From Octopus sinensis (taxonomy: Eukaryota), in contig NW_021836109.1 in assembly GCF_006345805.1 (NCBI RefSeq), positions 1 through 25,396 of the forward strand: 25,396 nucleotides of DNA, written 5' to 3'. The position numbers were made by a program, and so were the translations under genes. Positions 21,594 through 25,396 of the stretch are shown here, one piece after another (position 1 is the first letter of the stretch; every line of letters begins with the position of its first letter). Under the pieces are notes generated by a model, which saw nothing but the letters and a program-made list of their open reading frames with translations, searched no databases and was not told the origin of the DNA.

Positions 21594-22420
21594 TAGGGCA
21601 ACCACAAAGTTGACCCAAAAATATCAAAAATTGACCTCTAAAAGTCAACTAAATTTTTTTTTTTTAGACCACCTAGTTTTTTTTTTTTGCAAGAAAGAAA
21701 TTAAAGATAGCTATGTTAATTAAAGGCCTCACGAGACACCCGACCAGCCTCGCGAATGGCGAAGCCGTTCCCTCGGATCACAGCAATCGACAGACGTTCC
21801 AGGAGCCAAGAAAACTCTCTTGGATCGTCAACTAAATTGAGCCAAAAAACGAAAGTTGACCAAAAAGTTGCCTATAAAGAGCCAAGAATTTTTTTTAAAT
21901 CAGGAGTTATAAAGAATCATATAAAATTTAAGGTTCTCCGGTTTAAAATTCCGATCTTTTGCCTAAATTTTATGGAGAATTGAAAATGAACGCTCCACAG
22001 AACATGTAGTTGTCTGACATTGGAGTAGTCGCAACTTTTCCATAGGAGAAAAATTTTCTTCTCCGTAACAATTTTCATAATTTCATTCTTATTCATTCTT
22101 TTATCAATATATTCTTTTATTTTGCAGGTATCTTCTTTCAGATCGAGTATTTTCAAAAAATTAATAGCCTTCTCGATTGAAAAGTTTGTGGACTCAATTT
22201 CAGGAAGAACATCCGCAAGTGGAGAATAGTGATTCCATATTTTTTTAAATCATTAACAAGTCCTTCATGGTTTATTGATTCTTTTGCCCTCCGAATCAAT
22301 AGGGATTCTCCTTTTAACGAATTGCATATTTCCAACACTCTGGGAAAATGTTCCACGTAGTACTTGGTTGCTCAAAGCCAGCTTCCCCATCTAGTAACAA
22401 TAGGTTCTGGAGGTAGTCCT
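21594..22420 (-). mobile_element. hAT-like (CGGBP1-type) transposon: transposase C-terminus, 3' subterminal region and one end
   Basis: PPEPIVTRWGSWL*ATKYYVEHFP...AKESI...IKEYIDKRM..NEI...SP...LQCQTTTCSVERSFSILHKI*AKDRNF..ENLKFY..YNS* (stop 21900-21902). Repeated AAAGTTGACC/GTCAAC motifs at about 21605-21870. Putative terminus TAGGGCAACCAC at 21594. The other end is missing. Confidence 0.72.
21656..21826 (-). mobile_element. 5'-truncated CRE 3' end with 12-bp TSD and bipartite poly(A) tail
   Basis: Encodes DPREFSWLLERLSIAVIRGNGFAIREAGRVSREAFN*. Minus-strand tail: A12, CTAGGTGGTCT, A10. Perfect direct repeat GTCAACTAAATT at 21644-21655 and 21827-21838. Confidence 0.85.
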
Positions 22421-22424
22421 GATA

Positions 22425-24320
22425 ATCACAATATTGATTTGTCACTCGTCGGTTTTCCGTGGTTCATGTCCCTCTTTTACGACATTCTTCCGTTTGAGGT
22501 ACTATGAAAGCTAACACTCAGACCATGTTGAGAGTCTGGGACTGTTTTTTTATTGACGGAAGAGAGGCTCTTTTCCGTATCACATTGGCACTTCTTAAAG
22601 CAAACGAGAATTCGTTATTACAGATGCATGACACGGTGTCCGTTTTAAAACATCTTAAATTTGTGTGTTTTTTGTCAACAAATCCTGACCAACTTGTGGA
22701 AGTTACATTTCTACTTTATTTTAGTTTGCTTACGGGCCAGAATTTGAGAATTTTCCGGATAAACAAGCTTTAAGCTCTATGAAAACAGTACGACTCAAAA
22801 CCTTACAAAAAAGTCTTAAAAACAAAATAAAATGATAAATACTATTCTGGAAAACAAAGTTTGTCGTTTTTTATTCCCAAGGATTCCGATTCTTCTACAA
22901 CTTTGAAGGAAAGCTGTGTCCTAATTAGTGATCGTTCATTTCCGTGATTACGTAATCCCTAGAATGTATGTGGCTATGTTCTTCTGATAAAAATAATTCT
23001 ATTATGTTTGAGCTGAATCTGCACAACGACATTCTCTCAGAGTTGAATATCGAGGTTTTCCTAAGGAATTTATTTCAGATTGACACTTCTATAGTCTCGA
23101 TGATTGTTGTCGAATCGTCTTTTGTCCTCATTGGTTCACTTTGTGGAATCATAAGCGCAATTGACGTCAGCAAGCTGTATTATGACTTTAAAAACCAAAA
23201 GGATAATTATTTGGGATTTAAGATGCTCGGAGACCGTCATGAACATGAACGCCGTCGAAAATTCCGAAAACTGTTTGCGAATTGTTTATGCTGGACTGGC
23301 TAATGAAAATATTGTGTTTTTTGAGGTATTAATTAACATGTGATTTAGTTGTCTGACTGTTACCGGTGTCCGTTGAATCCAATGAGTATTTCTATATCAA
23401 AGTCTCCCATTTCGTGCCTGTGTCATTACGAAACTCGATTATTTTGTGCGGCAGGAAACTATATTCATGTGATCGCTATAAAGTTCAAGTTCTTATTTGA
23501 AAATAGAACTTTAAATCGTATCGGAAACATAAAAATATCATCCAATTCGTTCGATTACGTCGCGAGGATGACGACAGACAGTCGCGGATTGTGGGTGGCC
23601 AAGAACAGCTCAGCAATTCTTGAACTTCGTGATCCTGAGACTGGGGAGATCCAGAATAGCATTGACACATCAAAAAGTCGGCATGGACATGTTTATTTGA
23701 TATTCACATTCAAAGAGTGGAATGGAAATTAATTGCAGTTACAGAATAACTGGACTTTGGGTAGGACAAGAGACAGTGTGGGTTGGCAACGAGAACGGGA
23801 ACCTCCTCTTATATTCTTATAAACTTCAAGATAGTTTCCAGTTCCTCACACCAAAGGATGAATGTCCTTGCATGTAAATCCGACATTCATAGTCGTAGTA
23901 AAAAAAGTTCAAATCCTCCGAGTCCATGCGACCACCATTGTAGATTAGACTCTGATTGTGATGAAGTTGACAATGGATATGAGTTTAATTTGGAACTGAA
24001 TGTGAAAACATCAGAACTCCCTGTGCGTTGTATTCTAGAAGGAAGGTATGCCAAGTTATGTAAAATTGTTAGAAATGGGGATATGTCTACAGTTGGGGTC
24101 ACATTCCCGGGATTAAATACAGAAAATGAAGTTGTTGTAAAATGGACTCATTTACTCAAGACTGTATTTTTGAGATGATTGTTTGTAGGACTCATGGACT
24201 AACAATTATATAACAAGAAAAAAGTTTCCAGGAACAGAATCGAGGAGCAATGCCAAATCGCCGTATTCGAAATTCGTAAAGAAAGCGACATCTTTTATTT
24301 CTTATATCCACGATTTATAA
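22425..24320 (+). pseudogene. Rab-GAP TBC C-terminal lobe plus beta-propeller-like gene, 5'-truncated, two frameshifts
   Basis: NHNIDLSLVGFPWFMSLFYDILPFE|TMLRVWDCFFIDGREALFRITLALLK (TBC C-lobe), then repeated beta-strand motifs (MWLCSS, VLIGSLCG, IIIWDL, VYAGLANENIVFF, LFCAAGNYIHVI, LWVA, VWVGNENGNLLLY), ending TAA at 24318-24320. Eleven GT..AG introns of 23-35 nt. Frameshifts at about 22830 (A run) and about 23835 (T run). The upstream part is replaced by the hAT-like fragment. Confidence 0.75.
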
Positions 24321-24420
24321 TCAAAGAAATTATTTAGATATGAAGGATTTTTTAATAGTATTAATTTAATAAGCATTTTTAATTTCACTTAAAAATCCAA
24401 TTTATTTCAGTAATTTAGAT

Positions 24421-25347
24421 CAGCGGTTCTCAACTTTTTTTAGACTGTGGACCATTTTTGCACTATAAAATTCTGTGGGAACTACCTTAAATAAAATAAC
24501 TTTTTTTGATACTAGCGCACAATTTTTGGACTCATCAAAAGCAGGTTCAGACATGTTCGACTATTTATTTGTTTAATTTATTGCTCCAGGATATCACATG
24601 AAAATTCCGACATTCTGCAGAAAATTGAATCGTTGGATAAAGGTATATCCTTAACCTTGCCAACTGGATCTGGACCAAATAAAATTCGAGCAATTTCAAG
24701 AACCGCTGGTTTAATTAACCTTTCTCCAGAATTATGTGCAGCTTTGTTTTTTGCAACAATCATTGAGACAAATTTGTTTTAGATAAAAATTAAAATTATA
24801 GCATATTGTAGATAGCCCTGCAGGAGGATGTAAACGACGTGTTGACATCTCGCTCAGGCCGGCCACACTTTTTATAGAAAGATCAAACCAGAAAGAGACC
24901 ATATGATGCTTCTAATCTCGGTTTATCTTGGAACTTATTAAACCATTCAAGCTTTGACTGTGAATCAAATTTGGTTCTTTTGATTTTAAAATATTCACGT
25001 GAGAAAAAATTTTCTGGGTGTACAGGCTCCCTGTGGCGCTAAAGTTGAGACGGTTTCAGTGAATTGTTTTCCAAAATTCTATGGCAAATCATGCATTTTC
25101 CCTTTGTTTCATCATTTGAGGCAACGAATTCAATAAATCCAAATTGAACGTTAAAAATCGGAACAAAGACGACGATTCTTGTTAACCATTTCTAGAATGA
25201 TAAACCAGGCTAATAAAATCGGGTTAATTTCAATGTTTTTGATTTATACTTAATTACACAATTAGTTTTAACTTTAATATATTTTTATTTTTTCAAAATT
25301 CCTGGGGACCACCAAAAATTTTCTAGGGACCACGGTTAGAACCGCTG
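24421..25347 (-). mobile_element. hAT (Buster/SPIN-like) non-autonomous element, 927 bp
   Basis: TIRs CAGCGGTTCTCAAC (24421-24434) and GTTAGAACCGCTG (ending 25347). Perfect 8-bp TSD ATTTAGAT at 24413-24420 and 25348-25355. Minus-strand transposase remnant LEASY...VSMIVAKNKAAHNSGERLIKPA...IPLSNDSI..RM.E.S.DILEQ. Confidence 0.92.
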
Positions 25348-25396
25348 ATTTAGATATTAACATTTTATTGAATTAAGTAACCGGCAAATTTAGGAA

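Noticed and set aside
16862-21773. A 4.9-kb DNA transposon (or Kolobok/piggyBac ends at TTAA) defined by the long inverted repeat
   Set aside because: There is no TSD around the pair. Each arm encodes a CRE C-terminus and has its own 12-bp TSD.
24829-24840. GTAAACGACG, resembling the M13 forward primer site
   Set aside because: The match is partial (one A short, and it diverges afterwards) with no other vector sequence nearby.

Overview
AT-rich eukaryotic DNA read with the standard genetic code. Roughly half of the window is transposable-element (TE) sequence. The non-LTR retrotransposons are six CRE-clade pieces, three R4/Dong-like pieces with a restriction-like endonuclease (REL) domain, one of them about 2.8 kb and possibly intact, and one decayed RTE-like element with an apurinic-type endonuclease (APE) and reverse transcriptase (RT). 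The DNA transposons are three hAT elements bounded by terminal inverted repeats (TIRs) and 8-bp target-site duplications (TSDs), one truncated hAT-like transposase, one solo hAT end, and one Tc1/IS630 element; several are nested. Between them lie three spliced genes with open frames (a divergent Arf-like GTPase, a SAMD15-like gene whose start is unresolved, and PPCDC), a tRNA-Val(TAC)-like gene, and broken host genes (axonemal dynein heavy-chain end, TPR protein, kinase-like, 5'-truncated TBC plus beta-propeller). The 20 introns I resolved in four genes are 23-35 nt. Tiny introns plus the standard code plus cilia-associated genes suggest a reduced ciliated parasite such as a dicyemid; this is inference. 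I found no clear-cut novel system. The best leads are the possibly intact R4-like element masked by homopolymer frameshifts, the micro-intron reading-frame pattern, twin CRE insertions with 12-bp TSDs and a 3'-transduction-like tail, and a GTPase lacking the DxxG motif. All splicing and translations outside the ORF track were done by eye.
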